The translations under genes were made by a program, and so were the position numbers. Of a DNA stretch of 64,000 nucleotides, positions 39,253 through 49,255 are shown piece by piece (positions within the stretch are counted from its first letter, which is position 1; every line of letters starts with the position of its first letter). Below the pieces are notes generated by a model. It saw only the letters and a list, made by a program, of their open reading frames with translations, was not told the DNA's origin and ran no database searches. The stretch comes from Alphaproteobacteria bacterium (GTDB taxonomy: Bacteria > Pseudomonadota > Alphaproteobacteria > GCA-2746255): NCBI GenBank assembly GCA_965249135.1, contig OZ252220.1, positions 992,001-1,056,000 on the forward strand. The letters run 5' to 3'.

Positions 39253-41618
39253 TGTTGGCCCCCACCGCCGGCCGTCGGCAGGGCTTCGTCGACGAGCTCA
39301 TTCGAGCCGCTGGTCTGGGGCGGCGACGTGTCGACCGGAGCGCCTGGGCCTGGTGGCCTGCCGCCTTGACCGCCACCTTGGCCTTGGAGTGATCCAGCCG
39401 CCTGCAAGATGGCCTGCTGTTGCTGTTGGAGTTGTGCCCTTTGCGCTACCTCCTGCATGTAACCAGCAAATATCTGGACCTGGGGTGGCTTGAAGCGTCC
39501 AAACACGTTGTCATCCTCGGCAAATTGCTGCAGCGCTTGGAAATGCTCGATGGCACCGCCAGCTTCGGCAGGTACTCCGTTCGGCACCTTGTCTTGCATG
39601 ATAATCTGAACGGCCTCCTCCGCCATGATCCTTGGCAACAAGGCATCCTCATTCGGAGGATTAATGTAATCGTCAGGGTTAAGGCCCCATGCCTTCGCCT
39701 GATCGCGCATCCATCGGAAGACTCCTTCTGGAGTTGCGATCCCCAGCTGCAGCGTCAATTCCGACACATAGATTTGCCCGAATGCAGCAAGCGATTGCTG
39801 CAAGGCCGCCTTCGTCGTATTGAGGATGTTGGCAACGAATGTCCATGAAAATTTGCCCTTCATCTGGGACATATCTTCGATCTTGCCGTAGATTTCGTCT
39901 TTGCCTTCGGCGGCGCCGATGATTCTGAATTCCTTGTCTTTCGGAAGGTACGTCTTATTCAGTTGGTGTACCCATTCCCAGATGTCGGAAAGGCCCAAGA
40001 ATAAGCGACGCAACATGCGTTCTGGTCTGGCTTGGGATTGCCCCAACAGCAATGCCATATTGCCAGTCGTGCGAAGGGCTGACGATTTCCCAGCAGGTAC
40101 ATTGCCAAAATTAAGATCATTCTCCATGGCAAGACGATCTTCTTTACCTCCTAAAATCGTCATCATGTTGATGCCGAAATTCACATTGTTTGAGTTGAAC
40201 TGCGGAAAATTGACGTCACGCTGCGGGTCGCCCAAAGGATAGAGTTCGCCAGGCTGCAGCCGGATAATGTCGGGTTTCAGGTTCGACATCGGCCGGTAAA
40301 AGCCGAACTGCGTCAACGAAAACGTACCGGCATCGACCGTCTGATCCATCAGCATTTTTTGAGCGTCGTGAATCGGCTCAAGAATCTCTGGAAGCGACAG
40401 GCCGCGGCGGCGGCCTGGGACGGGGATAAAAGCGGCTTCGGCCAGCGGGCGCCGAGGCGGATTCGACGGAAAGACTTCGGTGAGATAGCGCGCGCGCAAT
40501 ACGGTCCCAGTCTCATAGATCACCCACCAGATGACGTCTTCGCTCACGCCATCGCCGTCGATGTCGTACATGTCGAAACAGGTAAGGCGGGTAAGCTTTT
40601 CGTGCGTCTCCGCACCTTTCTGCTGGGCTGTCTCTTCCTGCGTTCCCTCCAGCACATCCTTTTGTTCCTTAGAATCGCTGAAAGTCTGCCGTGTCGCGTT
40701 CTTAAGGCGCTTCAATTCCTCATTCGAAACCAGATCGTACCACCCAGATTTTACGAGCCGCACAATTTCATCCTTGGTAGGATTGTCGCGAAGAATGACA
40801 TGGGTGGCACCCGTTGGATTGCTCGGCCCAGCAATCTGAAGATTGCCACAACGCGGCGGACAGAGCACATCGTCATAGTCCTTGCGGATTATCTTTGGCC
40901 CGTCATGGACGACGACCTCACGGCGCAAGAGGAGTTCGATTTTTCCACCTTTCGTCGTATAGAACGACGCCCTTATTTCCTCGCCGTTTTGGAGTTCGAT
41001 ACTGTAATCCCAGACATCATTGCCAATCGCCTCCAACTTCGTTGCATCCTGAAATTCGGTCTGCAGGATGCGCCGGAAAGACTCTAGCGGGCTGATTCCT
41101 TCAGGAATCGGATCAAACTCACGGCGATCGATGACCTCGCGAACCTCTTTGATCCACGGTATGAACACGGTAAAAATGCCCTGATTGACGAAATCATCCA
41201 CCAGTTCGCTCACAATTCTTTCGCCATCGTCCTCGATAAAAATTTGCGTATCCAATAAGTTCGTAAGCTTGTCTTCATTCTCCTTGCTGGCTTTTGTGGT
41301 GCTTTGGGCGCTGATCACTGGGCGACTCGCCATGACGGCGTTTACCAACGTGTCCTGAATTCGAAAAGATTTCTCGGCAATGTCCGGAAGGGCTATGTCC
41401 GATGCGCCTTCCCATGGTAGGTCGACGACACCGCTCGTCCACATCCGAAGCTTTGCATATTGCTGCAGTCTGCGGTCACGATCATCGCTACTTAGGGCAA
41501 GGTCATCATCGAAGAATTTCTTGACCCGCTCGCCAATCTTCGCTTCGTCAAAATTCAAGGCAGAGCGACGACGGCGCCTGACGCGCACGCCATCAACGAA
41601 ATCCGGTTGTTTCGCCAT
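39249..41618 (-). CDS. Portal protein (P22/podovirus-like)
   Basis: 789 aa; DIDGDG..ED, GLSLPEIL..I, Q-rich C-terminal barrel. Confidence 0.85.
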   Translation of the reverse strand: MAKQPDFVDGVRVRRRRRSALNFDEAKIGERVKKFFDDDLALSSDDRDRRLQQYAKLRMWTSGVVDLPWEGASDIALPDIAEKSFRIQDTLVNAVMASRPVISAQSTTKASKENEDKLTNLLDTQIFIEDDGERIVSELVDDFVNQGIFTVFIPWIKEVREVIDRREFDPIPEGISPLESFRRILQTEFQDATKLEAIGNDVWDYSIELQNGEEIRASFYTTKGGKIELLLRREVVVHDGPKIIRKDYDDVLCPPRCGNLQIAGPSNPTGATHVILRDNPTKDEIVRLVKSGWYDLVSNEELKRLKNATRQTFSDSKEQKDVLEGTQEETAQQKGAETHEKLTRLTCFDMYDIDGDGVSEDVIWWVIYETGTVLRARYLTEVFPSNPPRRPLAEAAFIPVPGRRRGLSLPEILEPIHDAQKMLMDQTVDAGTFSLTQFGFYRPMSNLKPDIIRLQPGELYPLGDPQRDVNFPQFNSNNVNFGINMMTILGGKEDRLAMENDLNFGNVPAGKSSALRTTGNMALLLGQSQARPERMLRRLFLGLSDIWEWVHQLNKTYLPKDKEFRIIGAAEGKDEIYGKIEDMSQMKGKFSWTFVANILNTTKAALQQSLAAFGQIYVSELTLQLGIATPEGVFRWMRDQAKAWGLNPDDYINPPNEDALLPRIMAEEAVQIIMQDKVPNGVPAEAGGAIEHFQALQQFAEDDNVFGRFKPPQVQIFAGYMQEVAQRAQLQQQQQAILQAAGSLQGQGGGQGGRPPGPGAPVDTSPPQTSGSNELVDEALPTAGGGGQQ

Positions 41619-41622
41619 TTCC

Positions 41623-42027
41623 TTATTCCCTCCTCATAACTTCCGTCCATGGCAGCCAGTAAACGACACCCAAAATTGCAAGATTGGCCATTCTGAGGGT
41701 GTCCTGCCTCAGAGCCACAGTACGTTTTGCATCAGGGGCCGCCGCTTCGGCTTGGCGGAGTTGGACTGCATAAGCGAGCATCATACGGGCCCATATATCG
41801 GCTACGTTCGCTTCAATATGTGGCGAGCATTGCTCGCAAAATGTCATGTCGGTAATTGTGCCATTGGTCAGCAATAGACCGGCACGGATAGCGTCTTCGC
41901 GGGGGTCGCCAACGCCGGTTAGATCACCGGCCTTGTTGTGGAAAAGATCAAAGCATTGCTTATCGCAGATCGAGCAACAACCAAACTTCTTCGGTGTTAG
42001 TCTTTTCTCTCCAGGGACGTCTTGCAC
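41623..42027 (-). CDS. Zn-binding hypothetical protein
   Basis: CSIC...CEQC. Confidence 0.6.
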   Translation of the reverse strand: MQDVPGEKRLTPKKFGCCSICDKQCFDLFHNKAGDLTGVGDPREDAIRAGLLLTNGTITDMTFCEQCSPHIEANVADIWARMMLAYAVQLRQAEAAAPDAKRTVALRQDTLRMANLAILGVVYWLPWTEVMRRE

Positions 42028-42179
42028 TTTTCACACTCTTTATGGTTTTTAGCCGCCCCAATCGGCTCAAGTTTGTTAACATAGACGTCCTCCCTCCCAG
42101 AAGTTAATTCGCGTTTCACGTGAAACTTTTCTGTCTTACATTTTGGGCACCATAAGGTGCATTCCAGATCATTTGGCAT
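41997..42179 (-). CDS. Zn-ribbon protein
   Basis: CPKC...CEKC. Confidence 0.6.
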   Translation of the reverse strand: MPNDLECTLWCPKCKTEKFHVKRELTSGREDVYVNKLEPIGAAKNHKECEKCKTSLERKD

Positions 42180-42405
42180 CGGGAAATTTGAAGTTTTTGT
42201 GCTTCACTAAAATGTTCTCCGCCGCGGCTCGCCTCGCTTCTTCCCAACTTTCGGCAGCCTCTATTCGCGCCGCGTTGCACTCATCCATGTAGCCTTTTGC
42301 GATAACCGCACACTCATCGCAATAGTCACGCTTTATTGCATAGCCTATCTGATTTGTCGCGTCACCTTCTTTGCCGCAATTGTCGCAGATATATCGAATC
42401 GTCAT
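42169..42405 (-). CDS. Zn-ribbon protein
   Basis: CDNC...CDEC. Confidence 0.6.
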   Translation of the reverse strand: MTIRYICDNCGKEGDATNQIGYAIKRDYCDECAVIAKGYMDECNAARIEAAESWEEARRAAAENILVKHKNFKFPDAK

Positions 42406-42406
42406 C

Positions 42407-43099
42407 TTATCCCCACCAAATTAAATCGCGATACCCGACACGTTCGAGTAGTGGACGGATGACGCACTCTGCGTCTTTCAGCCGCTCGACTTCCTTTGGG
42501 AGATGAAGCTTAACTGTCTTGAAATCGCCATCGAGATAGGCCCTCTTCAGATCATGGTCATCATCCCTCGAATTCGGCCGAGGCCAATCCTTAGCCACTG
42601 GCCATGAATAGCCAGGATCATCGAGACCGGTATGAATGAGCACGGCCCTTAGCGCGTCCCTGCGATCATTCATATCTTCTTTATCGATGAGATCGATCGG
42701 AAAATACAACGGATCGTAGACCTTCCTGCAGACATCGATCTTCGCAACCATATCGACAAACTGATCGACCACATGAAGATACTGGCCATGCTGAGAGCGG
42801 TCACGTTGCTTCGAGGAAATGAGTGCCAGAAGAGGATCGCGAAGCGGGATCACGACAGGGCAGGTCGTCGCGAACGCCTGCATCATCTTGATATTGTCGT
42901 GGTTGAAATGGCCGTGGATCAGATTCGTGGCGCCTGCGATAAGCCCAGCTTGACCAGAAACAAAATCCCGCATGAGAGTGTCGTTTTTGCGGAGTACCTG
43001 CATTTCTACGAAGTTGTCAACATCGGAATGCTTTTGCAGGAATTCGATCATAAACCACGTCCCAGTGTGGTTCGCGCTGAAAATGCAAAGAATCCTCAC
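42407..43099 (-). CDS. Sulfotransferase-fold protein
   Basis: SANHTGTWF (5'-PSB-like) and PLRDPLLALIS (3'-PB-like). Confidence 0.55.
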   Translation of the reverse strand: MRILCIFSANHTGTWFMIEFLQKHSDVDNFVEMQVLRKNDTLMRDFVSGQAGLIAGATNLIHGHFNHDNIKMMQAFATTCPVVIPLRDPLLALISSKQRDRSQHGQYLHVVDQFVDMVAKIDVCRKVYDPLYFPIDLIDKEDMNDRRDALRAVLIHTGLDDPGYSWPVAKDWPRPNSRDDDHDLKRAYLDGDFKTVKLHLPKEVERLKDAECVIRPLLERVGYRDLIWWG

Positions 43100-43293
43100 T
43101 GGTGGCGCTTCACGGAATTGTTCATGCCCATGGATTTGCCCTTGAGTTTTTCCACGGTCGCGTTGGTCTTTTCAATCTTCTCTTCGAGGTGTTTTCGGAT
43201 GCGCCCCAAGCGGGCAGGATCCTTCGATAACTCCTCAGCCCGCTCGAGGACCATGGCATCTTGTTCAAGTTCAAATGCTTCATTATCTGGCAT
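43096..43293 (-). CDS. Small hypothetical protein
   Basis: GAGGAGG RBS; coupled to terL. Confidence 0.6.
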   Translation of the reverse strand: MPDNEAFELEQDAMVLERAEELSKDPARLGRIRKHLEEKIEKTNATVEKLKGKSMGMNNSVKRHQ

Positions 43294-44959
43294 GGTGGCC
43301 TCCTCTTGCCATCTTTCGATATTTACGTTGAAACGTCTGAATTTCGCCGCTCAGGCTACGGAAGCTGGGATCAAAATTCATAAGATATTTTCCGAGCGTC
43401 GGGTAGTCGTCATATTTTTCCTTGGGCTTCTGCTTGACGTCGTGGTCCTCCTGATACTTGAATTCGTCCCACTTGTAGCGGCCCATCTGCCCGATCGCGC
43501 GCGTGCAACGGCGATGCCAGTGAATGCGTGGCTTTCGCATATCCGTGTCTGGCTTCAGGAATTCGTTGAGGCGGGAACGCCCGACATCGCTGTCATCGGC
43601 CAGTTGGCAATAGAGGCCGGCCGTATCGAATTCGTCCTGCCATGTGACGCTGCGGTCCTTGGCCGAAGCCGGCGAGCGGCCCATGTTCGGATCAATCAGG
43701 CGGTAGGCGATCTTCAGCCCAAGGCGCGCCTCGTCATCCTGAACCATCGTCGCCGTTTCTTCGACGTCGCCCGGGCATTCGCCATCGTTTATGATCCAGA
43801 TGTCATCACTCGGGTCGATCTGGGCGTGAAGCCACATATGCGGTTTTCTCGGATGCGGGTCGAGAAGGAAGACGGTCGGCCAGCCATAGGCCGTCTCGAA
43901 TTCCTCGACGTGGCAGAACTCCTCGATGTTGTCGAAGCCGCAGCCAGAGCATTTGCCGCCGACAACGGCGCAGGCCTTCTTGCAGACAAAGCACCAAGTA
44001 TTTGTGTTCTTTGTGAACAGCGGATGGATCAGGTTCGAGAAGCGCAGATTCTTGCCATAAATGCGAACATTGATCTTTTCTTGGGACCATTTTTTCATCT
44101 GCAGCGCGATCGATTCCTGATCGAGATGCGGGTTCTCCGTACTCCAGAGCTCGGTCCAGCTGTAGTCTGGTTCGCCGTCCATGGCCGGGTCATAGATTTT
44201 ATCGAAGATCCAATCGACTGGAATACCCGGCTCGTCCGGCCAAGTCATCGACAGCATCTTGGTTCCGCTGACACGCATTGTGCGCGCTTCATTCTCCGTC
44301 CAGATCGCCTTCGATGGCGGCTCGTCATGCAAGACATTGTGAAAATCGCCAGAGGCAAAGTCAGAAGGGTCCTGATCGTGGGAGTTGAACTGGAGAACGC
44401 TTTCGCCGAGCACCTTGTCCGGGTTATCGGGATCGCGACAGATCACCCGCAACACCCCTAGCTTTTCGGACCAGGATTTCTGCCAGGAGCCGCCTATAAG
44501 GCAAGTCTTCGGAATCCATCCCCAGTGGCCCTTATCGCCGCCCATGGGCTGCTCTCCGGTCCATTTCCACCATTGGAGTTTTGGCAGGATCACCGGATGC
44601 AACGTCAGTTTCAGGCTTTCGATAACGATGCGGTTGTTGGTCGGGCCCCGGAATTTAGGCCTCAATTCGTCCCAGACCGATTCGGGGATGATGCCGGTAG
44701 CGAGCGCCAATATACGCACTAGGCAATTCTCGGTCTTGCCGGAACCGTTGCCGCCGCCAACCCCGATCACCGATGCGTCGGTGGCGAATATCTCGCGCGC
44801 CTTCTCGCTGGTCGGCTTGAAGAACAGAAGTTGGTTTTCGCGCCGATCGGCCTGCTGAACGGCCAAAAGCTTTTCGACGATGGCTTGGAAGCGCTCGTTG
44901 TCTAGTTTGTGAATGTCCAGAGCATTCAGCTGTGAAAGATCATTTATGTTCAGCGTCAT
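43283..44959 (-). CDS. terL: Terminase large subunit
   Basis: Walker A GGNGSGKT, Walker B HDEPP, ENPHL, nuclease LDPH, DDYP...YL. Confidence 0.92.
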   Translation of the reverse strand: MTLNINDLSQLNALDIHKLDNERFQAIVEKLLAVQQADRRENQLLFFKPTSEKAREIFATDASVIGVGGGNGSGKTENCLVRILALATGIIPESVWDELRPKFRGPTNNRIVIESLKLTLHPVILPKLQWWKWTGEQPMGGDKGHWGWIPKTCLIGGSWQKSWSEKLGVLRVICRDPDNPDKVLGESVLQFNSHDQDPSDFASGDFHNVLHDEPPSKAIWTENEARTMRVSGTKMLSMTWPDEPGIPVDWIFDKIYDPAMDGEPDYSWTELWSTENPHLDQESIALQMKKWSQEKINVRIYGKNLRFSNLIHPLFTKNTNTWCFVCKKACAVVGGKCSGCGFDNIEEFCHVEEFETAYGWPTVFLLDPHPRKPHMWLHAQIDPSDDIWIINDGECPGDVEETATMVQDDEARLGLKIAYRLIDPNMGRSPASAKDRSVTWQDEFDTAGLYCQLADDSDVGRSRLNEFLKPDTDMRKPRIHWHRRCTRAIGQMGRYKWDEFKYQEDHDVKQKPKEKYDDYPTLGKYLMNFDPSFRSLSGEIQTFQRKYRKMARGGHHAR

Positions 44960-45578
44960 AATTCCCTGGGTTCCTACGGCGCATCGCGCGGTTCATGTTG
45001 GCTTCCGTCTTGCTGAGTGCTGCCGTATGTGTCTCATCGGGTGGCATCAGACGCGGCTGCGGCGTGCCGTCGGCGACCTCGACACTATCCGGCGTAAGAT
45101 CCAGCGTCATGCCGCGGCGTTTTGCCTCGCGCAGGACCGCCGGCAGCAATTCATCCAGTTTCTTGCGTTCCTCAAAGGTGAGAATCTGTGTCGGTTCACC
45201 GCGCAGGAGTTGGCGCTTCTCGATGGCGATGCCCATGAGGATGGCACGGTCCTTGACTGGCGCGCCCTTGATGTCGTTCCAGTCGAGCGATTCCAGAACA
45301 AGGTCGGTGACATGCTCGAGCTTGGCGATGATGCTGCTAGTGGAGACCTGCCGAAGGCCTTCCACAACCGGCTGGTAGTCCGTATGCAGCCGGTTAATCA
45401 GTTGTTCGGTGGTGGTTGATGGCAGACCGCAAACTTCAGCAAGATGTTTTATGGAAAGATCAGGATCGTGTGCGATCGCTTCGATCACGGCGGCCGCTTT
45501 TTCTGGATGCAGATCCTCGGCGCGTCCCGCCTTGCGACTGCGCCGTTTCTCCTTCGGAGGAGATTTTCGTTGCGCCAT
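44940..45578 (-). CDS. Terminase small subunit-like HTH protein
   Basis: HTH; MGIAIEKRQLLRGEPT; immediately upstream of terL. Confidence 0.65.
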   Translation of the reverse strand: MAQRKSPPKEKRRSRKAGRAEDLHPEKAAAVIEAIAHDPDLSIKHLAEVCGLPSTTTEQLINRLHTDYQPVVEGLRQVSTSSIIAKLEHVTDLVLESLDWNDIKGAPVKDRAILMGIAIEKRQLLRGEPTQILTFEERKKLDELLPAVLREAKRRGMTLDLTPDSVEVADGTPQPRLMPPDETHTAALSKTEANMNRAMRRRNPGNYDAEHK

Positions 45579-45791
45579 GTTCGCAACATAGGCGCACGAA
45601 TTAGATGCTGCAAGTTTAGGAAAATGAAACGACGTCTGTAAAAAGTGCGCCACCCGGCTAGGGTTCTTCGGTAAGGAGTGATAAAACCTCCCAAGCTGGG
45701 GGCGCTGGTTATCTCTTATAATTGGAAGTGGTTAAGAAAAGGATAATCTATGCCTTCACGAATTAGTCGCTCGTTTTCTCGGTGCGGCGCT

Positions 45792-46079
45792 TCAGAAGAA
45801 CTCGTTTTCGTTCTGCCAACTCTTCGCGCCCCGCTCAGTGAGCGTCAAATATGAAAGAAAAGGATGATCGACGATAACAGCTTTAGTGCGTGGGCGGACA
45901 ATCGTAATCAGGCCAGCGTCTTTAAGCTTTTTCCCAGCGCGAGATTCAAGGACTTCATCGGCATCAATCGTGAAACTGGATGTTGATGCGTGCTTGTGCT
46001 GTTTATCAATCACTTCAAGCAGTTCCATTTCCTCTTGATATAAAGCGGCTCCAGGCGTGGGAACTCCGGGGTTTGTCAT
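45792..46079 (-). CDS. Hypothetical wHTH-like protein
   Basis: LKDAGLI...LTLTERG. Confidence 0.45.
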   Translation of the reverse strand: MTNPGVPTPGAALYQEEMELLEVIDKQHKHASTSSFTIDADEVLESRAGKKLKDAGLITIVRPRTKAVIVDHPFLSYLTLTERGAKSWQNENEFF

Positions 46080-46892
46080 GGGTGCTGTCCTATGTTACCC
46101 TTCATGCCTCGATTATATGACTAATGCCTAGGTGGGAGATAGGAAATGTGGCGAGTTCTTGTTACCGCAAGCCTATTTCTGATGGCTGCATCCGCCCCGA
46201 TTCCATGCCAGAACCGGGCGATGGCGCAGCATCTTTGTTGCTGCCAGACCTTCACGAATACGACCTGTTGTTCATCCTGTGCTTTTGGCGGATCGATGCC
46301 TTCCGGTTGCCCCTGTAAAATTTGATCTTCTATCTAAGTTCAGATGAGGTTGGCGTCGTTATGAGCGTAGGGGATGTGTTAATCACTGTCGGTGTCAGCG
46401 CGGTCTTCGCACTGATTTGTCTTTTGGGGGAAATGATCTGTCTGGCGTTCGAGTCCGCCGGCAGATTTTTCAAACGCTGAGATTGGGCCTTGGTCATCCT
46501 TGCGGCAGGATGCTCACCCAAATCAGCCGTCCCCTGGGGTGGCTAATCAATAGACGGCGATCCCGTGGGCCGGGAGCAGTTCTTTCAGGACGTAATAGCG
46601 ATGTATTGCCGCTGCCTGGTGGAACCGGTAAGCGTGTGAGCCGATACCGCTGGTCGATGAAGCAAGAGTGTGGAACCGTTGCTTCTCGCCCTCCCATTCG
46701 TTCCAATCGTAATTGATCTGCGCTTCATCGGGCCCGGACGAATAGATTCTGCTTTCCTGAATTGCCGTTCGCCATTGCTCTACGCGATCCTCTTCCTTTC
46801 CTTCGAACCGGATTATTTCTTCCGGGATGAGTAGATAGGGGCTTGACATTGAAAAGGGGAATGATTACATTAGGTTCATAGGGAGAAACGCT

Positions 46893-47768
46893 ATGAACTT
46901 GATGACCATCTTCAGCCTTTACCCCAATCAGGAAGCCTGCATCGAACACCTTGAAGCCGTGCGTTGGCGCGACGAAGCGAATTGCCCGCACTGTGGCGGC
47001 CTGCGCGTTTCACGCAAGACCGACACACACCGCATTGGACGCTGGAACTGCTACGATTGCAAATCCAGCTTCAACGTCCTGTCGGGGACGATCTTCGAGA
47101 AGACGAAGGTTGAACTGCAAAGGTGGTTTCTCGCCATCGGATTGATCGTCAATGCGAAGAAAAGCATGTCCAGTTACCAACTGGCCCGCGATCTCGAATT
47201 GAATCAGAAAACGGCGTGGTATATCCAGCAGCGCATCCGCACTGCGATGGCGGCCGATCAGGCTCCATTGCTTCGCGGCATCGTCGAAGCCGACGAAACC
47301 TATGTCGGGGGAAAGCCACGCAAGGGCAACAAGCACGGCGGCGATACGCCAAACCGGCGCGGACGCGGAACCAAGAAGATGCCGGTCATCGGAGCCGTGG
47401 AGCGCGGCGGGAAGGTCGTGGCCCGCATGGCCGACGATCTTAGCGGCAAGGGCCTTCTCCGGTTCATCAAGGACACCGTAGACGCGAATGAAACGCTGCT
47501 GATTACCGACGAATACCGGGGCTACATGGGCATGCGCCGCCATGTCCGGCACGCCGTCATCAATCACAGTGTCTCCTACGCGGACGGCGAAACGCACACC
47601 AACACCATCGAAGGCTTTTGGTCGCTTCTCAAGCGGGCTTGGTACGGATCGCATCACCACTATACCCGCCACTTTTCGCCACTGTTCATTGCCGAATCGA
47701 ACTGGAAATACAACCACCGCAAGGACGAAGACGGGTTCGGTTCCTTCCTGCGGGGGTGCTTCGCATGA
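46893..47768 (+). CDS. IS1595-family DDE transposase
   Basis: CPHC..CYDC Zn ribbon, VEADETYVGG, LITDEY..Y, HTNTIEGFWSLLKR. Confidence 0.95.
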   Translation: MNLMTIFSLYPNQEACIEHLEAVRWRDEANCPHCGGLRVSRKTDTHRIGRWNCYDCKSSFNVLSGTIFEKTKVELQRWFLAIGLIVNAKKSMSSYQLARDLELNQKTAWYIQQRIRTAMAADQAPLLRGIVEADETYVGGKPRKGNKHGGDTPNRRGRGTKKMPVIGAVERGGKVVARMADDLSGKGLLRFIKDTVDANETLLITDEYRGYMGMRRHVRHAVINHSVSYADGETHTNTIEGFWSLLKRAWYGSHHHYTRHFSPLFIAESNWKYNHRKDEDGFGSFLRGCFA

Positions 47769-49255
47769 ACCAGTTGTACTATGGCGACTGCCTTACCATC
47801 ATGCGCGATCACATGAAATTAGGCAGCGTGGATCTGATTTATCTCGACCCGCCCTTCAACTCGAACCGTGAATACAGCGCGATCTACAAGGACGAAACCG
47901 GACGCCCTTTGCCGGATCAAATCGAGGCGTTTTGCGATCTATGGGAACTGGACGAAGAGCGCGAGCGGTCCTTGCGAACCATGCCGATATTGATGCGGGA
48001 AGCCGGTATCGAGGATGAGGCGGTCGATTTCTGGCGGCTATGGATGAACGCGCTGCGCGGCGTTCAGCCCCGTTTGTTGGCCTATTTGTCGTACATGACG
48101 GAGCGATTGCTACCCATGCGCGGGCTTCTCAAGCCTACCGGCTCGATCTATCTACACTGCGACCCAACTGCCTCGCATTATATCAAGGTAATGATGGATG
48201 CGGTTTTCGGGCACAAGAATTTCAGAAACGAGATTGTTTGGCACCGGCACGGTGGATTTAAGAGGAGCAGCGCCAAGCAGTTTCCCCAGAAGAACGATAT
48301 CCTTCTGTTCTACGCAAAATCAACTGGAGACTTGGTGTTCAACACCCAATACAAACTCCACAAGCCAGAATATATCCGACGTTTCAAAAAAGACAGGAGC
48401 GGCCGCCTATACCGAGACGATGTGAACCCAACCAAGGGCGGCCGCAGGACGATCTACCTGGATGAAACCAAGGGCGATATCATTGATACGGTTTGGACCA
48501 ACATTCCGCCAGTAAATCCCAACGCACGCGAGCGCATGGGCTACGCGACACAAAAGCCGCTTGCCCTGCTTGAGCGCATCATCAAGGCAAGCTCCAACAA
48601 GGGCGACGTAGTGTTCGACCCATTTTGCGGGTGTGCCACCACCCTTGAGGCGGCCCACAAGCTGGGCCGCAAGTGGATCGGTATTGATATAGCCATTCAC
48701 GCGATCAAGCGCGTGGCGCGGATTCGCCTGCAAGATCGTCTGGGCCTTCTCGAGGGAACGGACTTCGCCATCGACGGGGTGCCGCGCACGCTGGAAGGCG
48801 CGCGCGATCTGTGGACGCGCGACAAGTACCACTTCCAGAAGTGGGCCGTGGAAGAAATCGACGGCTTTGTGACCACGAAGCGCACGGCGGACGGCGGGGT
48901 AGACGGCAGGCTTTACTTCGGCGTGCCCGACGAGCCGGATTTGCAAAGCATGGCAATTGAAGTGAAGGGCGGGAAGAACGTCGGAATCAACGTCATACGC
49001 GAGCTTCGCGGCGTCTTGGACAGCGATGAGGCGCTTATCGCTGGTTTGATCATCATGGAGCCTCTTGGTGCCACGAAGGAACGGAATTTCAAGCGTTTCA
49101 TGGCCGATGCGGAGGATTTGGACGTGCTGGGCGTTCTCTACCCAAGGATGCAGATACTGACAATTGCAGAAATCCTCGAAGGAAAGCGGTTTCTGACGCC
49201 AAGCGTGGCGGGCAGGGGGGTGGCGGAACCGAAGTTGCCGCTGGCCTTGACATAG
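47765..49255 (+). CDS. N6/N4 DNA methyltransferase (beta class) with a C-terminal Mrr-like domain
   Basis: DPPF, YATQKP, DPFCGCAT; C-terminal DGGVDG...IEVKGG. Confidence 0.9.
   Translation: MNQLYYGDCLTIMRDHMKLGSVDLIYLDPPFNSNREYSAIYKDETGRPLPDQIEAFCDLWELDEERERSLRTMPILMREAGIEDEAVDFWRLWMNALRGVQPRLLAYLSYMTERLLPMRGLLKPTGSIYLHCDPTASHYIKVMMDAVFGHKNFRNEIVWHRHGGFKRSSAKQFPQKNDILLFYAKSTGDLVFNTQYKLHKPEYIRRFKKDRSGRLYRDDVNPTKGGRRTIYLDETKGDIIDTVWTNIPPVNPNARERMGYATQKPLALLERIIKASSNKGDVVFDPFCGCATTLEAAHKLGRKWIGIDIAIHAIKRVARIRLQDRLGLLEGTDFAIDGVPRTLEGARDLWTRDKYHFQKWAVEEIDGFVTTKRTADGGVDGRLYFGVPDEPDLQSMAIEVKGGKNVGINVIRELRGVLDSDEALIAGLIIMEPLGATKERNFKRFMADAEDLDVLGVLYPRMQILTIAEILEGKRFLTPSVAGRGVAEPKLPLALT

Noticed and set aside
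42773-44461. 562-aa plus-strand ORF
   Set aside because: Antisense to terL, no motifs; typical high-GC shadow ORF
46100-46540. Short ORFs between terS and the IS
   Set aside because: No motifs or convincing starts; probably decayed sequence
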